Of a stretch of DNA of 64,000 nucleotides, positions 29,901 to 44,200 are shown piece by piece (the stretch's first letter is position 1; the number at the start of each line of letters is the position of its first letter). A program made the position numbers and the translations under genes. The notes below the pieces were generated by a model. The model saw only the letters and a program-made list of their open reading frames with translations, had not been told where the DNA came from and did not search any database. This DNA comes from Glycera tridactyla (Eukaryota), in NCBI GenBank assembly GCA_965644265.1, contig OZ286476.1, forward strand, positions 31,372,001 to 31,436,000. The letters are read 5' to 3'.

Positions 29901-32900
29901 AATGCTCCATTGATAAAAAATATTTGTTTATAGTACGCAGCAAAAACTCGCAATTAATGTAACTTACATGATGATAGCCATATGGGTGGCCACGAACTCG
30001 GAAAAGTATGTTATTTTTGAAGAATTATATCTCTTTTCTAGATATCTTATGGGAGGATTACATTTTTGCATGAGCAAGAATATGCATTCATGATTGAGAA
30101 TATGCTTTATATGCATGGACGTTATCTTTCACCACTTGCATTTGGTGTTTTTATATCATAACATTCTCTAGAGTATTCCGAGCGGAATCCTCCGCCATTG
30201 GATACCTCAGCGGGATGCCAACCTCTAATGGACAAATATGACTTTCACCAAGGTATTCTCGAGATATCCTTTATCCAAGCTTTGGTAACTATCGTTACTA
30301 AGTTTTTCTCAAAAGCACTGTGAATATAGACCTCAAACTCACCTTCATACACCCAGTCCGCGATGCCATTGAAAACTCGCTTGTCAACGCCATCCTTGGT
30401 GATGTAGTTTGGCGTAGTGCTGGGACTGGCCTGGTACCACAGGTTATTGTCCACTACAAATGTCTGAAATCATAGAAACAGGAAATTCAAATGATTATCA
30501 TGAAAAGAAAGTGATTTATTGTCATATATGGTGATGCCATTGTATGAACATGGATCGTCATTCAGAAATGTGCACTGATTGCAAGTTCTCTGGTGTGGTC
30601 CTCCTTATCATTTCTATTGAGTTTGTCCAGTTTTTTTCACACTGAATCCTTTGGAAAGAGTCCACCAGAGGAACCAACATGAACATACATTACAGATAAG
30701 GTGGTCTCTAATTGGGGGTACCGGTGTTGTAAAGCAGAAAACGGATTTTGACAAGGGCCCTCCAAAATGGGTGGTCTTTATTGAGAAGATGTTGCATCTG
30801 TTCAAATAGATAATGATATACCCCCCCCCCCCCCTTAAGTTCCAGGAACTCATCTTAAGATCTTCACAGGACCCCTTTCCACCTACAGTAAAACCTGTCT
30901 ATAAAGACCGCATTCGGTCGCATCAAAAAGTGGTCTTTATAGGCAGGTGGTCTTTATAGAGAGGTCATTCACTATTGAAAATGCTACCACGGTCGCAGCT
31001 CAGGATGGTCTTTATAGAGAGATGGTCTCTATAGAGAGTTGGTCTACAGAGCATGGTTTGACTGTATGTGGTTTGCTGTGCCTGCCTGGATGGCTAGGGC
31101 GCTCCACCTCTTTAGAATGTACTATGTCAGGTATATTAGCACACCATAGATAGCACAGGTGTGTTGAGCTGCCAGGTGGTGCCCCATGAAATCCACAGCA
31201 AACCAGCAGATAGAAAAGGAGCTATCAAAACCGCTTTCATAAACTGGCAAAAAGATCAAAGAAATCATAATTCCTAAGAATACCATGAGCTAGCTTGAAA
31301 TGGATCGGGTATGTGTAGAGGGGTCAGATCTATGATTCTTTATGAAGAGAAATGCTGTTATTCTATGAACATATGCTACCTGCAGCATCTGATCGGGGAG
31401 ATTGCATTTTCATTACAACATTCACCATTACCGTGCTTATGCCAAGCCGACATCGTATATCTTTCTCCATTACCTTACCATGTGGTAATCACAGTTTATC
31501 TATTTTACTTCTTCAGGGACGGGGGGGGGGGGGTTAAGTATCATTGTCATAATGACCCTATTTGTCTGCGTGAACTTAAATAAAAGTTTGTCTATTGTCT
31601 AAACAAGGACATTTATAAGGAACTCATGTACACCCACGACTCAATCAGATGGTGTAGCCATTCAATACTGTAATAGGACGGAAATTTCATAGCAACAACA
31701 TCGAATCATTAGTACAGTGAAACCTGTCTTGGGAGACCCCTCTTTTGGAAGACCACCCTCTAATGGGAGACTGCTCTATATTGACTCTTCTCTATTTGAC
31801 ATAGTCAAATATACCTCCAATGAGAGACCACCTGTCTTGAGAGACCACTTTTTGTTGGCGTTTGGGGTGGTCTCCCAAGACAGGTTTTACTGTACTATGG
31901 TGCTAAATGAGTCAAAGTATACAAATTAAGTGAACACCCCTTCAGGTTATTAGGGTTTTAATGATGTTCTCCGCGCATATAATTCTACTCTGTAATGGGA
32001 GGAGAATAGTATAGCAAGATCATTCGATAAGAGCGCAAAACTCTTGGAACTTTGGCAAAGTATGAGTCAACAAATGCAAGTTTGATGAATCATATTTTTT
32101 TTCGAGTTATTGTTACTCTTGATGTTCTCTCTGCACATAAGAGGAGAACTCTATAAATTTATGAAAAATGGGATGGTTCACATGCTAGCATATTATGCAA
32201 TGCAGAGTTTCGAGTTGGTACAGACACTCTGGTTCTAAGATGAAATGTGTTGTTAACAACAGTGAGTAGGGATCCTACATGGATGGGTGAACAAAATGAA
32301 TGAGGTTCACCATATAATACCAGACCTGCACCATTACACACTTGGTGGAGACGCTTCAGTTCTAACAAGAAATGCATTGTTCACAACAGTGAGCAGGGCC
32401 CCTACTTGGATGGGTGACGAAGATGGATGAGGTTCACCATACAACACTAGACCTGCACCATACCATTACACAGTTGGAGCAGACACTTTAGTTCTAACAT
32501 GAAATGCATTGTTAACAACAGTGAGGAGGGGCCCTACTTGGATGGGTGACCAAGATGGATGAGATTCTCCATTCAATACTAAAGCTGCACCATTACACAG
32601 TTGGTGGAGACACTCCAATTCTCACATGAAATACATTGTTCACAACAGTGAGCAGGGCTCCTACTTGGATGGGTGACCAAAATGGATGAGAGTCTTCATT
32701 CAATATCAGAACTGCACCATTAAACAGATTCACGGTTCTCACACCTAAAGCACTTCTGTGTAGAGGTAACTGAGTGGATCCGCTGTACTCCACCACTCCA
32801 CTTCACCCAGGTGTGAATGGGTACTTGGCATATAGGCAGTGATGGTGATTGTATGGAGTGTTCATCCCATGCAATAAATTCTATGTTTGTGGTTGAAAAC

Positions 32901-35900
32901 TCCCTAGGGAGATGAGAAAGGCTCAAACTCCAGGGTTGCAACCAGAGTGGGGAATGGGGGGTATTTCAGACATATTTTTACAGTGGGGCCACTTTCGAGG
33001 CAATCAGGGGCCGAAATGCCTCATAAATCCACCATGAGACTACACTTCCTGATTTAAAGTGAATCCATTTTGAGACATTTTGTAAAGAAATGCCCCCTTT
33101 TCTTGGATTCAAGGGGGCAAATGCCCTCAATTCTAGAAATCCAGGATGCAACCCTGAAGCTTGAACATGGCCTGCCAAGGAATGTAATTGTAAAGTTGGG
33201 TGAAATTGTTGGTAATAATTTGTTAAGGATACCAGACTGTAAACCACTAAATTTTTTATAAATAGCAGAACACTTACCAGAGCGTTACCTGTAGGCGCCC
33301 AGCCTGCATACTGCAGAAGTTGACCTTCATATTGCTCTGCGGTTGGGAATGGTATCAAACGGCTGAAATAAACAACGAGAAGCATTCAATAATGATGATG
33401 AAACCTTGTATCTGTCTTTATCCACTATTCACTGCCTGTCAATGTGTAACATACAGGGATGGTCAACCATCAGTGACAGCTGTGATTTGCAGGAAGATTT
33501 CCAAGGTCGGTTGTTAATTTCAAATCAACCTAGAAGATGGATGGAAAATGGTAACGAAAGCAATGAAGAAACAAAGGGGGTGGGCTGAATTTCGAGGAGT
33601 GCAGGTAGATTTCCAATCTACTTGTCCTCATTTACAAGATACAAGATACAAAAACTTTATTTAGACAGGTGAGATACAGGAATACAATAAAACAGAACAA
33701 ATGTAAGACAAATAAAATCATAAGGCTTAAAGCCTATTCTTACCCTGCTACCTGTTGTCTATTGTTATCAAAACAAATATTCTCGGGGATGGTATTCACA
33801 AAGGCATTCGAAATGTGTCACTAGTACCAACTATTGTTTGTTAGAGTAAGGAAGTATCATGTAAATACATTTCATCACTCAATTCAGGTTCATGATTGAA
33901 ACCAACACATGTCATGAACATTACTAATCAAAAGTTACAGTGGTTTACTACAGAAATACTAACCATATGACAAATTCTAACATTGTAATATTGTAAATTT
34001 CATTACACTGACTTTTGATATCCCAGAAAGTGGTTGAGGGTCTGAATGGTACCTCAACAATCATACACATAAATACTTTCAAATGTCTACTTACCTGTTG
34101 GAATCTGGCGCATATCTATTATAAATCTTATATCTTGCCATAAAAGAATGACGATAAACCTGCAAGAAAAAAACAAATGCGTGTACTGCTTTGACATATA
34201 TTTTGTGAGGAGGTGAAAGATCCTTTCAGTTGAGCTGCAATAATATTACAATCTAAGATTTGAACACTTTCTAATACTATTCAGTCATTTTATGATCTCT
34301 TTTCATAGAGTGTATAAAGAATTTACTAACTCATCTGCTTACTCACTTAACTCCTGTAAGCTTTCAATTACTGAGCACTGATATTTGAAGTTGTCTACAG
34401 TTGGTTCGCCCTTTTTGTCAATGCCGATGTTTGCTATAGAAACATCATTTGAAGTTGTTAATAACCTTCCACAAAACAGGCAAACTAACTGTAGGAGCTT
34501 GCTTGCCCATTTGCTAATGGTCCACACTAATTAAAATTGATACAATCTAATTGCATAGCAGATTTGTCTTTAGATAAAATGCTGGGGTGCTAGCAATCAT
34601 ACATTATTGAAAACCTTCCAGGCAAATGATGTAAAAATATGGCACCATGATATTCTATCGGAGAAAAATGTGCAACTAAATGCCTACTACAAGCGGTCTC
34701 TCAAGACATATGGTTTCTCATTAGAACTACATCTGACTATGTCAAATAGAAAAGAAACTATGAAGAGCATTCTCTCAAAAGAGGACAGACTCCGAAAAAC
34801 AGGGGACTCTCAAAACAGGTTCCACTGTAAATAGATTTGAATCCAAAATGGCATGTCAGGCACTGAGAAAACAATAAATAATTCCAACTTTCCAGTCAAC
34901 TGGAATATTCAAAAAGTCACAGCAACTGGGTGACCACAATTGATAAACTGGTTGTGATCAATTCATAAATAGGCAGGGAAATTCCTGAGTACAGAAGTGT
35001 ATGAGACAATGTCCCAAACTACCTCTAACTAATGGGACAATTCTTGGCTACATGAGACAATTTCTCACATTTCAGGAACAAAGCACTTGATTTTTCATGC
35101 TATAGGCTGCACATAGAGAGAAAAACTTGAGAATGAGGTTTCTTGGAGCAAAAAAGACGATTGTATAGGTGACAGTTCTTTTGAAGTGCACTTGGAAAAA
35201 GCTTGGAGTGGACAAAATTCTGGCATCTGTTGGAAATCTGGTCAGAGCCATTGAGACAATTTGTCCCTAGTCCTTCCAGATAAATTGGACATTTGGGAAT
35301 TTGATGAGAGATTCTCCCCAAACCTCAGTCCAGGAATATCCCTGAATAGGCATGGTGTGAAAGTGACAGGTGAACCATTTCAAATACTTACCCGTTCAAT
35401 ATCATAAGCAATGAGAACATAATTACGATCAGGAGACATATAGTACACATCAGTATTAAGTTGCCTCTGAAACAGAAAGAGAATAAGCACATTCACCCAC
35501 TTGTATATCACATGTCTGTTAATCATAGTGTACATCACATTTTCTGCATCCAGTGATGCAAGTGCACTAAAATAGAATTTCCTGAAACCTGACCAAATTT
35601 CCTGAAACTACCTGCCTATACTTCCAAATGCACCAGATTTGAAATTCTTAGCCTGATTCCAGAAACATTTAGATTTTGAATTTTGTGACAAATTTCCTGA
35701 ATTCAGGAAATTTCCTGAAAACTTGCATCACTGTACATCACATGTATGTCACTTGAATCATAGTGAAATGGTCAGCTAACTTTCCCTCAAACTTGGCGAT
35801 TGTGGAATGGTGACGATTGAGAGAAGTGGATCTGGCCTTCATTTCCCAGCTTTCAGCCACACTTACAGGGCGGGACAAGGTGGCCTCCCACCTGCATGGG

Positions 35901-38220
35901 GCAGGTAGATTTCAAAGGCCGGTAGGTTAATCTTAAAACCTACCTGCCAATGGACCGGTAGAATATAAATGCAATGAACATATTTTGGGGTGCATGCTGA
36001 ATTTTGAAGGAGGCAGGTAGATCTGAAATGTACCCGGCCGCCAGGCAGGTGGATATTTTTGATCTTGTAGTGGCTTGCGCTTTTGCCATCCTATAATGCT
36101 TTTCAGATCGATGTTTGTCATTCTTTTCATTATCATACAAAGTATACTGAGGAAGATCTTGTTGCAGCATAAAAAGCCAAAGACGAAGACAATACTGGTT
36201 TTCATCTCATTTTTGGACATCAAGAATCAATGGAGGATGGATTTGTTTGAGATTTAACGGCATGTATCAACCCTAGAGTTATGTATGCCATGTGTTCCTG
36301 GTTAATGAAAGCTAGATGTTCACTCCCTGCAGACATCACACTCACAAACCCTAAACACAAGATGATGGGGAACCTGAAAGGTTGTCAAGTGAAAGTAGCT
36401 GACAGTTCAGACACACCTCTACCTACTCTACAAAAACATAATAAACCTGATGATGGCATATCTAACTATGTAACCGGCTGGACGCTAACTCTCAAGCCTG
36501 ATAGCAATGCTTTATCGCAACGCACAGCATTCAATTATCCATAGCTATTGGATTTTGATCGGGCGCCATCCTTGCAAAATAAAATTGAGACTTGTCCCTG
36601 ATCGAATTAAGGCTAAGAAAACCAAATATTCAAGAGGCAGGAGTGGAGACGCTCACTGATAAAAGGATGGAGCATCATACTTACAAAAGTGGAATTGTCC
36701 ATAACAACTCTTGTTACATTTTCATCTGCATCATATTCCATCACCTCACCCTCCCGCGATCGGTATACAAAAACGTTCGCATCTGAAAGTAAGAAATTAG
36801 TCATCAACAGCGAGAAACAAAAAAAGAATAAGATCTGGTCCCAATAACCTTCACAAAGGCCAGTGTTATAAGTCATGATTTTAATGATCAATTCAAAGAT
36901 AATATTCAATCTTTTGACATCCTGCTACAACATATAGGGGTGGGGGTTATTTGTTCAAGATGTCAAAAATACTGATGGGCTGATTATGATCAGGCACCGA
37001 TGTTTGGTGAAATGAAGTCATAAACTATATTGGATATCAAAGAATTCAGTCATAATATCACTATTACAGTGAGTTTTGATATCTCTGATCAATTTGCTCA
37101 GACAGGCCAAGTATGTCTAACAACAGAGCAATGGATATTCAAAATAAAGCTGCAGATATTCAAATTTCTCTCAGTTTCTGTGTCAGCGAGGAGGCCAAAT
37201 CCAACATTGTAGCACATTAGGATCATAATGGGGAAAAAGACTGGCAAATATTCAACAGATTCTTCAAATCAATACGGAGGAATTTAGTCATACGACCAGT
37301 TTCACTGTGGGTTCAATATTTCTTGGGATAATTTGCCTGTGAAAGTGGAGAGAAATCCGGCAGGCAATTGTCAAAGCCATCATGGGGTAGGGGCTGACTA
37401 AGGAGAATACAGTACAGTCTATCTTGTCCTATGCAGCCATTGTACTTAGCAGCCACCTACCGTAAGCAGCCACTTTTGAATTTCCTGTCGAAGGTTTTTC
37501 CACTATGATTCACCAGCCCTAAGCAGACATTCATTGAATTCCCGAAGGGTGGCTGCTTGGAATAGGTTTGACTGTATCAGTGTCAGCTCTGAGGTATGGC
37601 TGAAGGGAGACATTTATCTTGCCCCTATTCAAAATATGAGACAATTTACATAAATATGGAACAAATGTTATGAGTGCTTCCTTTGGGGTGGGACTGATGC
37701 GAGACATTTGTCTCACTACTTCTTAAAATGTGAGACATTACTCTCAAATGTGAGACAAATGGCTCACAATCTCAACCGGATCTCCAACACTGCTGTATGT
37801 TCCAGTGAATCAATCAATTCCGAAAGTCAATTCAATGTCACCTACCATCTACCCATTCGGAGGCAAAGTGGCGGGGTTGATAATCACTACTAAACAAGTC
37901 CTCAAACGTAAACGGATCGCCCAGCACTGTATCTTCATGTTCTACAAAGGAAAACAGACAGACATGGTGAAAATTACTGGAAGATGGTCAGTGTTATCTC
38001 ATGAATATATTCACAGAAGGATGCTATTCATCAACATAATCCAAGTGTAAATTGAAATCCATGATCCATACATCGCCATTTTGTCCTTCAGCTACTGTCT
38101 CTTGAAACAGTCAAACATGGTCTCTCCCGCCTTCTTTTTCCCCTTCTCTCTCGCTCTCGCTCTCGTTCTCGTTCTCTCGCTCGCTCTCTGTCTCTCCCGT
38201 TCTTGCTCGCTCTATCTCTT

Positions 38221-38266
<46 letters not shown>

Positions 38267-41200
38267 TGTCTCACTCTCTTTCACTCCCCCTTTCTCTCTC
38301 TCTTGCCTTTCTTCCATTGTCTAGCATGAAAAACATTTCAATGAAAAATCTCCTGGAAGCAAGAAAGATACAGAGTCAAAACTACCAACATTGAAACATA
38401 TACTGCAATGCTTATTGATAAAAGTATGCATGGGTACAAGCAAAGACCGAGCTCGACTATGTAATGTGTATGTTTCTCACTCTTGCATCAGAAATAAGTG
38501 TTGGCGTGTAACGAAATTCACTGACAATAATTGATTGATTGCGTTGGTTTGTTTGGCGTTGAAATTCATGTATCAACTAAAAGGATTAGGTATGTATGCC
38601 TTATGTTCTTGATCTATGGAAGCTGAATGTTAATTCCTCTGCACACCCATGACACAGGATGGTGAGGAACTAGAAAAGGTTATCATGTGGAAATAGCTGA
38701 CAGTTCAGACACAACCTGCAAATGAGATCAAAACAAAGTTTGTCCCTACATCTAAATCTAGCATGCCAAAAATATACATTATTATAGAAACACAAGTTGG
38801 CTGATTACTGTCTGCTAAAATTCCTCATAGATGATGATCTTATTAGTCTATATTACATCATCAATGACCAATGAGATTACAGCTTACAACCATTTCACAC
38901 TTTATAAATCTATATTCAGTCATCAATGACCAATGAGATTATGAATCTATATTCAGTCATCAATGACCAATGAGATTATAGCTTACAAGTATTCCACACA
39001 CTTTATAAATCTATATTCAGTCATCAATGACCAATGAGATTATAGCTTACAACCATTCCACATACTTTATAAATCCATATTCAGTCATCAATGACCAATG
39101 AGATTACAGCTTACAACCATTCCTCACACCTAATAAATCTATATTCAGTCATCAATGACCAATGAGATTAAAGCTTACAACTATTCCTCACACTTTATAA
39201 ATTTACAGTAAAACCTGTCTTAAGTGAAAAGTCACTTAAGACAGGATTTCACTTAGCACAGGATTTCACTACTGTTTGTCTGATATGGATAATTAATATG
39301 TGAAACCTGCCATGAGCGATCACCTCTCTTGAACGATTGCTTTTGTTTGCCAAAATACCAGATACTTCTTAAATGACCTGTGACAAGTGATCACCTCTCT
39401 AACATGACCAGCCACCGGCCTAAATGGTAGAAATTACCTGCAATAAGCACTGTAGAACTGCTCACAATTGAGCTAATTTCAACTTCATTTTTCACTTATG
39501 ACAGGATGGAAGGCACCGCGGGACCAAAAATGGTGTTTCACTGTTCAGGTTAGACAGGTTTTTGCCTAATCCAGGACAATTATAGTGAAAAAACAGTCTG
39601 TGGCGTGTGTGCTTAAGACAGGATTTCACCTAGCACAGGTTTTCACTCGAGCAGGTTTTACTGTATATTCAATTATCAATGACCAATGAGATTATAGCTT
39701 ACAACCATTCCACACACTTTATAAATCTATATTCAGTCATCAATGACCAATGATATTATAGATTACAACCATTCCACACACTTTATAAATCTATATTCAG
39801 TAATCAATGACCAATGATATTATAGATTACAACCATTCCACACACTTTATAAATCTATATTCAGTTATCAATGACCAATGATATTATAGATTACAACTAT
39901 TCCACATACTTTATAATGTACTGAGGCATAATATATTGGCCAAGTTTCATGGGGCTAGGGGCAAGAGAATCCACGTGACCTCAAATGTGACCTTAACAAG
40001 AGCTGAGGCAATGAGAAGACCACTTATAAATTGGCCCACATATCTTATCAATTTATTTATCTGGATTATAGTTTCATGTCTCGAAATATCCCATATAGAT
40101 GTATCAGCAATCAGAAACTGCATCATCGTCGATTGTTCAATCAATTCACTTGACACAAAAATTCCTCACATATTCATCTCTTATCATAGAAATATTCAAT
40201 ACAGCCACATACATAAATATTTCATGTACTTATAATCGGTATCAATAAAAGTACATGTTTGGAGAGTTCGGCAAATTATTAATTGCTAAATGATGCATGT
40301 TATCATGACAAATTATCAACAAGGATTAAATTGTGATTAATTCATCTTTGAGTAACTGCGAGCAATTAATGCAAAAAAGTATTTGTTTGACCGTCAGAGC
40401 CTGAAGGTTCTGATCTTCCCAGTCCTGCTGTTATCTATTTATGGCTGATTGGTCTGACCTCAGCGAGGCACAACCCTCTGCCTGTGATTTAACTTTGAAC
40501 CTCCTCTCTTGTGCTTGCATGTGTGTATGCTGAGGAGGTGTATCAGTGTAGCTGGTTTTTGTAGTCAATTATTATAGCACCACTGCTAACCTATGACCAT
40601 TGTTTTCAAATCCCAGATAGGCGCTCACACCTGTTCTACATTTGGGTTGCGTGTGAAGACGTATAGTATCTTTCTACGTCAGCCCAATTTGCTCAGGCAA
40701 AAAGACCAATCTCTTCTCAAAGTATTGTTTCAACCTAACTTTCAGCTTGAAATTCCAAGAAATTTGAGATTTATCACTATTAGGGTATCATGAATCCTGG
40801 CATGATTCATCCATGCCATTTCATGAAATTATATGAAGATCATATGAAATATGCTCCCATCAAAATTTTATGAATCGCCCAATATATCCTTCTGCTTTAA
40901 GATGCATGAATGAGTCAAAAAGAATGCAAAAAAAACATGATGCAAAATTGATGCACAAAATTCAAGCAAAATTGTTGCAAAACCAGAAAAGCATTAGGGG
41001 AATCCCAGTGTACTCGGTGAAATACATTTTGCAAAGAGAAAATGGCATCTACCTGCACAAATGTATTCGTAAAAAGCATTCTAGTAGCTTGAATGGTACA
41101 AAATATAATGCACATGGTATCAATACATTTTCCTCAATGAACCTCTGGAATTATGGTTGAGATAATAAAACTACGAAACAATATCTTCCCACTGTCCTTT

Positions 41201-44200
41201 TCATAGAATGAATACGAGACTAGCCACATTTCCACACAACTGTTTGAAGTTCATTCTTCTTTAATCACTATTCCACAGTTTGCCATATTGGGGTCTTTTC
41301 AATGTCATTTGATCTTGCGATGGGAGTCAATTTATTCATATACCGAAACTAAAACTGTACCTGAAGAATGACCCAAACATTACCTCAAACACCATCTACT
41401 GGGGGAACAACATCAATATTCCCTCCGACGCCATCTAGTGGACCACAACAGTATGTGTAGTCACAGGGGATGGGGCCATGACTGGATTTTGGCCAGGTTG
41501 AAAACAAGAGCGCAAAGCTGCGCTGAGTGATCTCCGGTGAGACGTGGGGGAAAGTGACAAGCCCTCCTTTAGGAATTTGAGGTAGCATTCTTCCCGGTGC
41601 GAGTCATGAGCGTGGATTTGTCTTATGGCCATGTTCCATCGCAAAAAGTTCGTCGAATCGCCGTCATTTGCACGAGTGCTGATCTCTCATTGGCTGGTTT
41701 TACGCACGCTATCTACAACTTCATTCATGAATCGGCGCAGTGATCCACAATACCCTGTAATGCGATGCGAAGAAGAAGCATTACTTTTCATCCCTACAAA
41801 CTATAATATCAACCAAAACACAGACTCACTATTTGCGATAGCTGGATGGGTGGATGGATGGATGGATGGATGGATAGATGATTTGGCGGAAGAAGTCCCA
41901 GCAACGGACATAATAAACATGTCAACATCGAAGTGGGCGTGTCCAAAGAGCTTGATTGACAGGCATTTACTATTTGTGCGCAGTTATACATCTCTAAGCG
42001 GTCGTATCTGTGTGCTTCGGTAATCGGCAACAAAAACGAGTATTAGGAGAAATGTCTATTACATAATCGCTACATTTCCTCAAATTGTCGTTCATTAGAT
42101 CAATAAATCATCTTAAAATTGTGTTAGATTAGATCATTCGATCCTTCTTCACAGATCCGATCAAGATTCGTTTGATTATATCAGCCTCGAGAGTCAGAAT
42201 CGGCGAAGTTAGAAAGCATTTCGAGCAGAGAGGTGGTAACATAGTGATCTCCAACTGTGCAGTGAATTCAGTTGCCATGATTTCCGTCAGAAAATCACAT
42301 TAACTCAGGACACCTACTCCAATCCTGGGTGAAGAGCTACACTTGAGTGAAGTGCCATCTGGTGTCACAAAGTGGCATCATATATTATGAGCTACATTCG
42401 GAGGTGCTGCAGGAAGTTTGCGAAACATAACAACCAACATTTTGTGGTGGAAGAAAACGTAAACATATACACGCCATCGAGTCAAGAATTTTCTCCCCCC
42501 CCCCCCCCCCCCCCCCTCCATAACAAACCTCTTCAGCCAAAAATACAACTATTTTCTCCTGTGCAATATTTTAATCAATGTAATTCTCCATAAACAAATG
42601 ATATTCTAATTTCTTTTAATGTTTGAATCCCCCATCCTCTACAACTTCCCAAAAAGTACCAGGATAAATTATATTCTTGGTTTCTTCAGCTGAACACCTG
42701 GTGATGAAAATTTGAAAAATCTACTTGGCAATAACTGCATGAAACCTTCACAGATACAAATTTTGTACATAGAGAACTGGATAATTCAATACCAATTGTT
42801 CCCATTCAGAATTCTGATTAATATTTCATCTCTGTGGGGAAAAAGTTGTATACTTTCTACACTGGAGCCAAATAGAATTCTGATCACAATAACACAAATT
42901 CTTACTGTTTCACATGATGGAATTGGCATTTGGTTGGACCATCCTAATACATATGGGGTTTAATTTATGTTTTGGAATCGTAGCGCATAGTAATAAATCA
43001 AATTCAGATTGTTCCCAACTATATTTGTCAGATTGGAGGAATGAGCAACTCTAGATAACAGGATTTCATTTTGGGACTTCTGTGAAGAAGGGGCCATAAT
43101 GACACACTTTTCTGGAGAGGAGATCAACATGACATACTTTTCTGGAGAGGAGGTCACCATGACATACTTTTCTGGAGAGGAGGTCAGTGTGACATACTTT
43201 TTTGGAGAGGGTCAACATGACATACTTTTCTGTAGAGGAGGTCATCATGACATACTTTTCTGTGGAGGAGGTCAACATGACGTATTTTTCTGGAGGAGGT
43301 CAACATGACGTACTTTTCTGGAGAAGATCAACATGACATATTCTGCTGGGGAGGAGGTCAGTGTGACCTACTTTTCTGGAGAGGTCAATATGACGTACTT
43401 TTCTGGGGAGGAGGTCAACATGACCTACTTTTCTAGAGGAGAGATCAACATGACATACTTGTCGGAGGAGGTCAACATGACATACTTCTTGGGAGGAGGG
43501 TACCTATACATTTACTGAACAACACTGAATAATCTAGGTTCACCACTGATTAAAGTTGACATCTTATTGTATACCACCACTACCATTTTTTAATTCACAT
43601 GTGTGACAAGTCTCGCTAACGGAGATTATCTGCTAATATACAAACGCTACAGTTTATCCACACACTTAAGAGGTATACATCGAACAATATATACAACAAT
43701 TAGGATTATAGGATTCAGATATGTACTATATGTGTATATATACATACATATATACACCGTCCTCATTTCGCTGATGTTTAGGTACATCCAAAACAACAGT
43801 GAATATTGATCCTCCCTTTATAGACTATTACTTTGAGTACAATGTACACATTTAGTGAAAGAGACATGTGATCTTATGTTTAGGTACATTGAAAACAACA
43901 GGGACTTCATCGTTCCTAAGTTAATCATGAGTAAACATACACATTTAGTGAAACAGACCTATGGTCTGTTAAGAGAATACTACATTACATTCAGAGTGTT
44001 CTAGTATATCTCATTGGATTTCTCAACTTGTCGGACAGGGTGTCTAGTCTCATGGGAGTTGACCTGCTGTAATGCCGGAAAATGATGTACACATGTATAC
44101 AAAATCATACTTGAAGAGTGATTAAATATTCTTAACTCATCAATGTCAAATCTTAACTAATGGAAAGCTAACTTGATTGTCATCCAAAATGATTGTCAAG

